This document shows positions 43,742-51,469 of a stretch of DNA of 53,649 nt, piece by piece. Source of the stretch: Planctomycetota bacterium (lineage in GTDB: Bacteria > Planctomycetota > SZUA-567 > H5-PLA8). How positions within the stretch are numbered: position 1 is the first letter of the stretch; each line of letters opens with the position of its first letter. The DNA lies in assembly GCA_045863855.1 (NCBI GenBank), contig BTVV01000035.1, positions 1 through 53,649 of the forward strand. The letters are read 5' to 3'. A model generated the notes under the pieces. The model searched no databases. It saw only the letters and a list, made by a program, of their open reading frames with translations, and had not been told where the DNA came from. A program made the translations under genes and the position numbers.

Positions 43742-45808
43742 TTACTCTTCCGGACCCTTCTTCTTCCACTCGGCGATGGCATCGGACAGGATCAGCACCG
43801 TCTCGTCGAGCTGCGGATCCTTGCGGTCCTCTTCCTTGACCGTTTCCGGATCGGCCGGATCTTCGGGATCTTTGGGCTCTTCGCCCTTCGGCGCGGGGTG
43901 CTCGGGCGTGGTCGCCTGCACGCCTTCGACCGGTGCTTTGGGTTCGGTGCCGTCCGGCGTTTCCGGCTTGGGCTCCAAGGTGCGGCCTTCCTTCTTCGCC
44001 AGTGCCCGCTCGGCCGCTTCCGCTTCGGCCTTGCGGAAGGGCTCGAACTCCTTGTTTTCCGCCACGCGCTTGGCGCTGGCCGCGTTCAGCACCGGCAGAA
44101 CCTGTTCTTTCCAGGGGCGCCAGCGCTTGGCGTCCACGTGCTCGAACGACAAGGTGCCTTCCGCGCCCTTGATCGAGGCGAAGGGGAGCGCGCCTTCGTA
44201 GTTCTTCTCGAGCTGATCCTCGAGCAGCGGGAGGCCGGGAATGGTGATATCCGGCTTCACGCCCTGGATTTGCACCGAGTCCCCGCCAGCCAGGAAGTAC
44301 TGCTGGTACGTCAACTTAAGCCGTCCGGGCAGGAACAGCGGCGGACGGTTGAGGTCGAGGACGCGCTGCACGGTGCCTTTCCCGTGCGTCTGCGTATGCC
44401 CGACTACGATGGCGCGCCCGTAGTCGCGCAACGCTCCGGTCACGATCTCGGCCGCGCTGGCACTGTACTGATTGACGAGCACCACTACGGGCTGATCGAA
44501 ATGGATCTTCTCGTCGGTATCGCCGCTCCAATGATCCCGCCCGATCGCATCCCGCTCGGAGACGACCGGGCCTTCGCCGATGAACAAACCCGCCAGCGCC
44601 ACCGCCTCCTGGAGCAATCCGCCGCTGTTGTTGCGCAGGTCGAGCACCAGGCCGGCGAGGGGCTTTTCCAGACTGAGTTCCTTGATGCGCGCCAGCACAT
44701 CCTTATGCACGTCGTTGTAAAAACTCTGGACGGCAATCACACCCACGGGACCGGCCGGCGTCTCGCGCTTCTTCCCGGTGACGCGCAGCGCCGCGAGGTC
44801 GATGGTGTCGCGAATAACCGTGATCTCGTCCGTTTTTTCCTGCTGGCCGTCTTTCGAAACTTTGCGGACGGTCAGGCGCACCTTGGAGCCTTTCTCGCCC
44901 TTGATCTTGTTAACGATCTCCTCCATCGACTTTCCGGCCATGTACTCGCCGTCGACGGCGATGATCTGGTCCCCGTTGTCGAACTTGCCGCTGCGGGCGG
45001 CGGGGCCGTCCTTGATGATGTCCAGGATTTGCACGCCCAAGGGGCAGCCGCGGATTTGAATGCCCACGCCGGCGAAACTGCGCGCCATGCTGGTCTCGAA
45101 CTGCGCGATGTCCTTCGCGTCCATGTATTCGCTGTGCGGGTCGAGCGCCTGCATGAAGGCCTTCATAACATTATTTGGAGCAACGACTTCGGGGTCCAGC
45201 CCGTCCCACTCGTCGCGGCGCTTCTGCATCGTTTGGACGGCGTATTTGAAGGCTTCGTCTTCCGAAAGGTATTCCTTATAGAGCTGGTAGTCGCGGTTGG
45301 CGAAGAGGGCGATGCGCTTCTGGCGGTCTTCCTCAGTCGCGGGGTAGCTTTCAAAATCGATGGCGTCGTACTCGGCGCGTTCGACCTTTCGCGTGATCTG
45401 TGCGCGCTGGTCCTTGAGCGTCTTAAGCCAAGCCTGGTCCCGCGCGAGTTGTTCGGCTTTGAATTCCTTGAGCCAGTCGGTGAAGTAGGTCAATTCGCCG
45501 GAGTTGAGCTTTTGTGCGAGCGCCTCCAAGTCCGCGTCACTCATTTTAAGGCGTTTATCGGCTTCGGGCTGCAAGTACAGGGTGTGAGTCGCATCGAGAC
45601 GGACGAGGAAATTTTTGATTAAGCGCTTCACGAGCGTGACGTTCATCTGCGGCCGGGTGAGGTGCATCTGCATCACTTGCGGCATCAGCCATTTGACCTG
45701 CTCGGGGCTCAGTTCGTCGGCGGCATGGAGGGCAAATGCGCCCAAGAGCAGCGCCGCCACGGCCCATCGACCTACTCGACCTGTCGCTACGTGGCGCCTT
45801 CCGTACAT
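43742..45808 (-). CDS. prc: Carboxy-terminal processing (tail-specific) protease, S41A, PDZ-containing
   Basis: Signal peptide; LDPHSEY, PDZ GVGIQI..GPA..GDQIIAVDG, LDLRNNSGG, SASAAEI (Ser), GKGTVQ (Lys), DPQLD. Confidence 0.93.
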   Translation of the reverse strand: MYGRRHVATGRVGRWAVAALLLGAFALHAADELSPEQVKWLMPQVMQMHLTRPQMNVTLVKRLIKNFLVRLDATHTLYLQPEADKRLKMSDADLEALAQKLNSGELTYFTDWLKEFKAEQLARDQAWLKTLKDQRAQITRKVERAEYDAIDFESYPATEEDRQKRIALFANRDYQLYKEYLSEDEAFKYAVQTMQKRRDEWDGLDPEVVAPNNVMKAFMQALDPHSEYMDAKDIAQFETSMARSFAGVGIQIRGCPLGVQILDIIKDGPAARSGKFDNGDQIIAVDGEYMAGKSMEEIVNKIKGEKGSKVRLTVRKVSKDGQQEKTDEITVIRDTIDLAALRVTGKKRETPAGPVGVIAVQSFYNDVHKDVLARIKELSLEKPLAGLVLDLRNNSGGLLQEAVALAGLFIGEGPVVSERDAIGRDHWSGDTDEKIHFDQPVVVLVNQYSASAAEIVTGALRDYGRAIVVGHTQTHGKGTVQRVLDLNRPPLFLPGRLKLTYQQYFLAGGDSVQIQGVKPDITIPGLPLLEDQLEKNYEGALPFASIKGAEGTLSFEHVDAKRWRPWKEQVLPVLNAASAKRVAENKEFEPFRKAEAEAAERALAKKEGRTLEPKPETPDGTEPKAPVEGVQATTPEHPAPKGEEPKDPEDPADPETVKEEDRKDPQLDETVLILSDAIAEWKKKGPEE

Positions 45809-46283
45809 GCCCTGATCTCCCGATTCCCTGGGTGCGATGCGCGGCCGGTCTGGCGTCCGACCTTCGATTTCGCCGCCTGAATCCTACTCCCGCGGCGAGA
45901 AGCGACTACGGAAATTCCTTCGTCGTCTGCCGTTAACCAGACGGGCTTGAAGGCTCACTCTTCACCTTCGAGATACTTCCCTTGAGCCCGCACCTGTGCG
46001 AACGTGCCTATGCTCGGCATCAACTTCACGCGAGATGATCGTGGCCCCCTGCAATCGATCCCAACGTACATACCTTCGATGATGGCATGTGGGACGGTCA
46101 CCGTTCTTTCTCGTAATACCTTCTCACTCGACGGGACCGCGGTATAGGTCAACACATGGGTTAGACCTGTTTTGCGCGAAGTAAGATGCGCCAAACGGGA
46201 AAAGACAAGTCAGGCGATTGAACGCGCCTTCTTAAATTATGCAAGTGCTTTCAGTGATTATGGTTATGGATCTATATGGTAAA

Positions 46284-46312
46284 TTGACAACAGTGCATAT
46301 TCTCTTTATATT
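46284..46312 (+). promoter_or_regulatory. Sigma70-type promoter TTGACA-N17-TATATT
   Basis: Perfect -35 (46284-46289), 17-bp spacer and TATATT -10 (46307-46312) in AT-rich DNA ~110 bp upstream of the beta-barrel gene. Confidence 0.75.
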
Positions 46313-46421
46313 ACCTTTAGCTTAATTGATTCAGGGTGAATCCCAAGGAGTAAGCGTCGGGAGAGGCGCTTCGTTGGATAATTAACCCTGATCGATTCTT
46401 CGAAAGGTGGGGTTGGGTACC

Positions 46422-47642
46422 ATGAAAAGGCATGCGTTGGGATGGGTGGCCGTATGGTTCCTCTTGGCGAGTGTCGGATTTGCAGCCGAGTCGAGCTTGG
46501 GTGGCGTTGCTAAAGCGCTTGGGTTGCCTGAGAACGCCAGCGAAGCTCAGGTGCTTCAAGCGATCAAATCCTTGCAACAGGGAAAAGCGTCTTCCGCCGA
46601 ACAAAAGGTCGAGAGCCGCGTGGACCAGGCGCTGGGTCATAAGTACGACAAGTATCAGATTTCGGAACCGACGCTGGGCGCGAGCGAAAAGAAGGGCCAA
46701 TACTACGGCCGCGCCGAAGCGCTGTTCCTGTTCCGATACAGTCTGGACGAAGAGAGCGCCGCGCCTCTTGCTGTAAATGAAGATGAAGATCCCTTCCTGG
46801 CGCTGGATACAGGCGATTTAGATCACGATATCGCCCCCGGCATGCGGCTCATGGTCGGGTACCAGTACAACGATGCGGTGAGCCTGGAATTGACCTATTT
46901 CGGTCTGCACTCGTTCGAGCAGGAAGGCTCGGTGACCGACCCGGACACCAATCTTTCCGGCACGTTTGGGTTAGACGACGATTCGGAGTCGTGGGGTGAC
47001 GAACTGGGATTGGATACATTTAGCGGGGCGTTCGCAATGCGGGCCGAAGTACGGTCCGACCTGCATAGCGGTGAGTTCAACGTGCGGCATCAGGTTAGTA
47101 AGGTTGGAACCTTTGTGCCCACCGTTCTGGCAGGCGTGCGCTACCTCAATGTGAACGAAGAGTTCGAACTCATCGCTGTCGCAAACCAAGGCGATACCGG
47201 CGGGGATCTTGGCCGCTACCAAGTGGATACGAATAACCACCTGTTTGGTTTGCAGTTAGGATTGGAACTGACCCATACGTTTAACGATTGGGTGAGCTTG
47301 AGCTTAAGCGGTAAGAGTGGGCTGATGGTGAACGCGGCATCGGGCGATACGACTATTCGCGACGGTGACGACGGAGTGGCTTTCGATGCCGACGACGACG
47401 AAGTGGGATTGTCCTTCCTGACGGAAGTTGGCGCTTTTGCGACCTTCCGCCCGCATAAGAATTTCGATATCCGGGTCGGGTACAACGCACTGGTCGTAAC
47501 TGGTTTGGCGTTAGGCGCTGGCCAGTACGGAGCTGCGTTGGAACGAGTGAGTGATGACGTGGGTCTGTCCGAGATGAAGCTTAACCGCAATGGCAACCTG
47601 CTCTTCCACGGTCCGTCGCTCGGTTTCACATTCCGTTGGTAA
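46422..47642 (+). CDS. BBP7-like outer-membrane beta-barrel protein (planctomycete type)
   Basis: Signal peptide; GMRL.VGY, S.L.S.E.N, LAGVRYL...E, T.N.LFGLQLG, IRVGY...V.GLAL, L.HG.S.G and terminal aromatic FRW. Confidence 0.85.
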   Translation: MKRHALGWVAVWFLLASVGFAAESSLGGVAKALGLPENASEAQVLQAIKSLQQGKASSAEQKVESRVDQALGHKYDKYQISEPTLGASEKKGQYYGRAEALFLFRYSLDEESAAPLAVNEDEDPFLALDTGDLDHDIAPGMRLMVGYQYNDAVSLELTYFGLHSFEQEGSVTDPDTNLSGTFGLDDDSESWGDELGLDTFSGAFAMRAEVRSDLHSGEFNVRHQVSKVGTFVPTVLAGVRYLNVNEEFELIAVANQGDTGGDLGRYQVDTNNHLFGLQLGLELTHTFNDWVSLSLSGKSGLMVNAASGDTTIRDGDDGVAFDADDDEVGLSFLTEVGAFATFRPHKNFDIRVGYNALVVTGLALGAGQYGAALERVSDDVGLSEMKLNRNGNLLFHGPSLGFTFRW

Positions 47643-47667
47643 TCGCGCTGGAATTGGATTGAATCCT

Positions 47668-47707
47668 AATAAAAGGGCACGCGTTCAGACCGCGTGCCCT
47701 TTTTATT
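47668..47707. terminator. Bidirectional intrinsic terminator
   Basis: AATAAAAGGGCACGCG-ttcagac-CGCGTGCCCTTTTTATT between convergent genes, with T-tracts on both strands. Confidence 0.9.
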
Positions 47708-47723
47708 TAGTAACCGCTTCCCG

Positions 47724-47948
47724 TCAAACCTTATTGTGCGAGCCGTCGCAATAGGGCCAGTTTTTAGACTGTCGGCAGCCGCACCAGGCGATCTTCTTGG
47801 CGGCTTCAACCTCCACCGGCAGCGGGCGTTTGTCCGTCGTCTTGTGGCTCCCGTCGCAGTAGGGCTGGCTAATAGACAGGCCGCACTGGCAGATAAAAAC
47901 TTTGCCCTGCTTCTCGTCTACTACGTATGGCGCTTTGCGCGTGCTCAT
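47724..47948 (-). CDS. CDGSH iron-sulfur protein with two CDGSH motifs (CISD3/MiNT type)
   Basis: CQCGLSISQPYCDGSH and CGCRQSKNWPYCDGSH. Start ATG 47948 (AAGGGG upstream). Confidence 0.93.
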   Translation of the reverse strand: MSTRKAPYVVDEKQGKVFICQCGLSISQPYCDGSHKTTDKRPLPVEVEAAKKIAWCGCRQSKNWPYCDGSHNKV

Positions 47949-48141
47949 GCGATTCCCCTTGTTCACGATTCCAGACCGCGGGCGGTTCCCGCGGTGCGCT
48001 TAGGAACGGTAGTACTGGGCTTAATGGATCGCAAGGACGGTCGGCGTTGCGGCGGCCGGGGTATCCGGTAGACTGGCTTTTGTACCGCGTTCGCCGGCGG
48101 GGCTCTATCGAGGGCCGGCGGCGCCTCACCGGTCGGCGGGC

Positions 48142-49647
48142 ATGTCCGAAACGAAATTACCAACCGATGCGCGGCTGGGCCAGTTGGCGGTGCGCCAGGG
48201 CCTCGTGAGCGAGGCCCAGCTCGCAGAGGCGCTACGGCAGCAGGAAAGCTTATCCAACCAGGGCGGCTACCGCCCGATCGGCGAGTACCTCGTCGAATCC
48301 GGCGCGATCACCCGCGAACAGCTCCGCGAACTGATCCGGCGGCAGGAGAGCGTCTGGTCGCAGCACCGCGTCCTGGGCAAGTACAAGCTGATCGAGAAAA
48401 TCGGGCAGGGCGGCATGGGCGCGGTCTGGAAGGCCGAACAGACCGATTTGGGCAACTTCGTCGCCATGAAGCTGCTGCCGCGGAAGGTGCTCGACAACGA
48501 GACGCTGGTGGCGCGCTTTCACCGCGAAGCGCGGCTGATGGCGACGCTGAACCACACCAACATCGTCCAGGCCTTCGACGCCGGGGATGCCGACGGGCAG
48601 CCGTATTACGTGATGCCGTACCTCGAAGGGGCGAGCGTGGGCGAGATCCTGCGGCGCTGCAACCGCCTGGGCATCCGCACGACGCTCTCGATCGCGTTAC
48701 AGGTCGTCCGCGGGCTGAATTACGCGCATCAGCGCGGGATGGTCCACCGCGACCTGAAGCCCGATAACCTGTTCATCACCCACGACGGGACGGTGAAGAT
48801 CCTGGACCTTGGGCTTACCAAGCTGATGTTTCCGCTGGAACCGAAGGTGAAGCACGAGACGACGCTGCAGGGCTTCATCGTCGGGACGCCGCATTACATG
48901 TCGCCCGAACAGGTGATGGGCGACATGCCCGTGGACGGACGCGCGGACCTCTATGCGCTGGGCGCGACGCTGTATCATCTGTGCTGCGGGCGTCCGCCGT
49001 TTCCGGGCGAAAAGGTCGGCCCGGTGTTGCGCTCGAAATTACACGATGCGATTCCCGAACCGCTGGACCTGCGTCCGGACCTGCCACCCGGCGTACGGCG
49101 GCTGATTCTCGGGATGCTGGCACGCAAACCCGAGGACCGGCCTTCGGACTGCATGACTCTGGAAGCGGAAATCGAAGCGCTGCTGGACGGCAAACCCGTC
49201 TCCGGTTCGGCGCTTTCGCCGGGGAATATCGTGCTGGGGATCAGCGAACGGGATCCGCGGACGTTCCAACTGGGTGGATCGGGGGCCAGCGGACAGGCGG
49301 TGGAGGTATTGGAGCGTAGCCGTAAGGAGACCCTGGTGAAACCGGCAGATCCGGCTTCGACGTCGGTATTGCCGCGCCCGCTGGGCTTGCCGGGTCAGGA
49401 GGAATCGAGCAAGACCGTGCGCCGGGTCACGCCGCCCGACGTGCCGGCGGTCGCTTCGCCGCCCGCCGCGATTCACGAACCGGTAACGCACGCCCCCGCC
49501 GAGACACAGCAGGAGGTGGGCTGGATTGGGCAGGCGATCGCGGTGCTTGTGCTGGTGGTGGTGACGGTCCTGATCACGCTGGCGGTGGTACGCATCACCG
49601 CCGAAGCACGGCGCCCGATGCGTCCGCCGGCGCCGGTGGAGCGCTAA
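48142..49647 (+). CDS. Hanks-type Ser/Thr kinase with N-terminal MshEN-like motif pair and C-terminal TM helix
   Basis: IGQGGMGAVW, VAMK, HRDLKPDN, DLG, GTPHYMSPEQ, DLYALG; Pro-rich linker; TM IAVLVLVVVTVLITLAVV. Confidence 0.95.
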   Translation: MSETKLPTDARLGQLAVRQGLVSEAQLAEALRQQESLSNQGGYRPIGEYLVESGAITREQLRELIRRQESVWSQHRVLGKYKLIEKIGQGGMGAVWKAEQTDLGNFVAMKLLPRKVLDNETLVARFHREARLMATLNHTNIVQAFDAGDADGQPYYVMPYLEGASVGEILRRCNRLGIRTTLSIALQVVRGLNYAHQRGMVHRDLKPDNLFITHDGTVKILDLGLTKLMFPLEPKVKHETTLQGFIVGTPHYMSPEQVMGDMPVDGRADLYALGATLYHLCCGRPPFPGEKVGPVLRSKLHDAIPEPLDLRPDLPPGVRRLILGMLARKPEDRPSDCMTLEAEIEALLDGKPVSGSALSPGNIVLGISERDPRTFQLGGSGASGQAVEVLERSRKETLVKPADPASTSVLPRPLGLPGQEESSKTVRRVTPPDVPAVASPPAAIHEPVTHAPAETQQEVGWIGQAIAVLVLVVVTVLITLAVVRITAEARRPMRPPAPVER

Positions 49648-49650
49648 CCC

Positions 49651-50430
49651 TTATTTCGTCTGTTCGGCCAGCGCGCGGACGATGGCGCGCTCGACCGGCG
49701 AATAATCCTCTTCGTGTTCGCGCTTCAAGTTCATGTGCTCATGCAGCACGATGCACGGATTGCAGATGAAGCGGACCGAGCGGCCCGTATTGGCGCTGCG
49801 CGCGTGCCGGATCATCGGATGGTGCATGAAGATGTCGCCGGCCTGCCCGTTGGCTTCCACCACCTGCTTGAACGGATGCTGGGCGACGCGTTTGCCGAGT
49901 TCCTGGATGTCGAGGCCGGCGGGTTCGGAATCGGCGAGAATGCGCGCGGCCAGCTTGTGCGAACCGAGATCGATCGCGGTGCCGCCGTCGCCGGGACCGA
50001 TGTCGGAGAGGATTACGATGGGCAGGAGTCCCTGATCGCGGCTGTAGACGTGGTGATGGAACTGGATGCCGTCGACGTGCCAGCCCTTCTCGGGCGCGCG
50101 CCACGGCGGCGCTTCGAAGCCGGGAAAGGAGACCGGAAACCAGCCGATGGTCTGGGGCTTTCGGTAGCGTTCGGCGCCCATCAGGTCGTCGAAGGCATCG
50201 AAGACGCGCTGCGTCCAGACCTCGGAGAAGGGCGAACCGCCCAGCGCCTCTTTAATGTGCACGAGCGGCTGCTTCCAGCCGGCCGGATCGTCCTCGCGCA
50301 GGCCCATTTTTTCCCACAGCCGCGCGCGGATTTCGGCGGCCACGCGGCGCGGGAAGCCTTCGCGCAAGACGACGTAGCCTTCTTCGATGAACTGTTCGAT
50401 CTCGGAGGGGGTAAAGACTTTGAGTTTCAT
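49651..50430 (-). CDS. Phytanoyl-CoA dioxygenase (PhyH) family Fe(II)/2OG enzyme
   Basis: QFIEEGYVVL, WHVDG (HxD), GGT...GSH, G.AGD...HP...HA.S.N. Confidence 0.88.
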   Translation of the reverse strand: MKLKVFTPSEIEQFIEEGYVVLREGFPRRVAAEIRARLWEKMGLREDDPAGWKQPLVHIKEALGGSPFSEVWTQRVFDAFDDLMGAERYRKPQTIGWFPVSFPGFEAPPWRAPEKGWHVDGIQFHHHVYSRDQGLLPIVILSDIGPGDGGTAIDLGSHKLAARILADSEPAGLDIQELGKRVAQHPFKQVVEANGQAGDIFMHHPMIRHARSANTGRSVRFICNPCIVLHEHMNLKREHEEDYSPVERAIVRALAEQTK

Positions 50431-50581
50431 GCGGCCCGCCTTTCGCCCTTTCACGATAGCGTTCGGCGGACGCTTGTCCATGCGCCGGAAGGCAGGTCAC
50501 AATCCCTTTGACGGCTGGGCGATGCGGTGTAGACCAGAATCCTTGTCCCGTACTTCGCCGAAACCCTGAGGAGCCGTCGCC

Positions 50582-51325
50582 ATGCCCAAGCCCGTTGCCG
50601 TCCAACTGTACTCCCTGCGCGAGCAGGCCAAGACCGATTTTCCCGGCGTGCTGAAGACCGTGTCGGAGATCGGTTACGCCGGTGTCGAACTGGCGGGCCT
50701 GCACGGCCTGACGCCGCAGGACGTGAAGAAGCGCTGCGACGATCTGGGCCTGAAGGTGTGCAGTACGCATGCGCCGATTTTCGATCCGGAGCAGACGGAT
50801 GCGGTGGTCGAGTCGGCCAAGATCTTCGGCTACAAGTACGTAGTCGGCGGCTTCGGTCCGGACCAGTTCGCGAGCGAAGACAAGATCAAGGAAGCCGCGG
50901 AGAAAGTGAACGCGGCGGTGGAGCGATACTCGAAGCACGGCCTGAAGGTCGGCATTCACAACCATTGGTGGGAATACGACGCGCCGAACAAGGGCGATCT
51001 GTTGCTGAAGCTTTGCCCCAAGGCTTTCCCGCAGCTCGATATTTACTGGGTCAAGACCGGCGGGGCCGACCCGGCGGCTTACATCAACAAGTACGCCGAC
51101 CGCGCTTTCCTGCTCCACGTCAAGGACGGCCCGTGCGAACAGAAGGTGGCGATGAGCGCGGTGGGTAAGGGAAAGGTGGACATCAAGGCGGCGCTGCAGG
51201 CGGCGGAAAAAGCGGCGACCGAGTGGTACATCGTGGAGATCGACCGCACGGACGGCGATATGGTCCAGGCGATTCGGGACAGCTTCACGTACCTGATCAA
51301 GAACGGCTTGGCGCGCGGGAAGTAA
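50582..51325 (+). CDS. Sugar phosphate isomerase/epimerase (xylose-isomerase-like TIM barrel)
   Basis: VQLYSLR, GY.GVE.AG, GIHNHWWE, QLDIYW, LHVKD, VG.G.VD, YIVE.D. RBS GAGGAG. Confidence 0.9.
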   Translation: MPKPVAVQLYSLREQAKTDFPGVLKTVSEIGYAGVELAGLHGLTPQDVKKRCDDLGLKVCSTHAPIFDPEQTDAVVESAKIFGYKYVVGGFGPDQFASEDKIKEAAEKVNAAVERYSKHGLKVGIHNHWWEYDAPNKGDLLLKLCPKAFPQLDIYWVKTGGADPAAYINKYADRAFLLHVKDGPCEQKVAMSAVGKGKVDIKAALQAAEKAATEWYIVEIDRTDGDMVQAIRDSFTYLIKNGLARGK

Positions 51326-51352
51326 GTTCGTTTTTGAGCAGGTTTAACAAGT

Positions 51353-51393
51353 ATGAAAGCCGCGGCGCTCCTTGCGCCGCGGCTTCATTTTTT
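51353..51393 (+). terminator. Intrinsic terminator
   Basis: AAGCCGCGGCGC-tcctt-GCGCCGCGGCTT followed by CATTTTTT, downstream of the isomerase gene. Confidence 0.88.
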
Positions 51394-51469
51394 AGCGCCT
51401 GATTACACCTTACGCCCAATTCCAGGCGCGCTACACTCAAGTACTTTATGTTTATAGAGGAGTCGGCCT

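Noticed and set aside
43898..45622. 574-aa + strand ORF and other long shadow ORFs (e.g. 20008-21549, 27854-29179, 41462-42745, 15843-17045)
   Set aside because: They lie antisense to well-supported genes in high-GC DNA and have no motifs; expected artefacts of codon bias.
45955..46194. 79-aa minus-strand ORF upstream of prc
   Set aside because: No recognisable motif, convincing RBS or host-like codon usage; cannot be supported as a gene or pseudogene.
46345..46365. AAGGAGTAAGCGTCGGGAGA resembling the yybP-ykoY riboswitch 5' end
   Set aside because: The GGGGAGUAGC core is imperfect, the other conserved loops are missing, and the downstream gene is not Mn-related.
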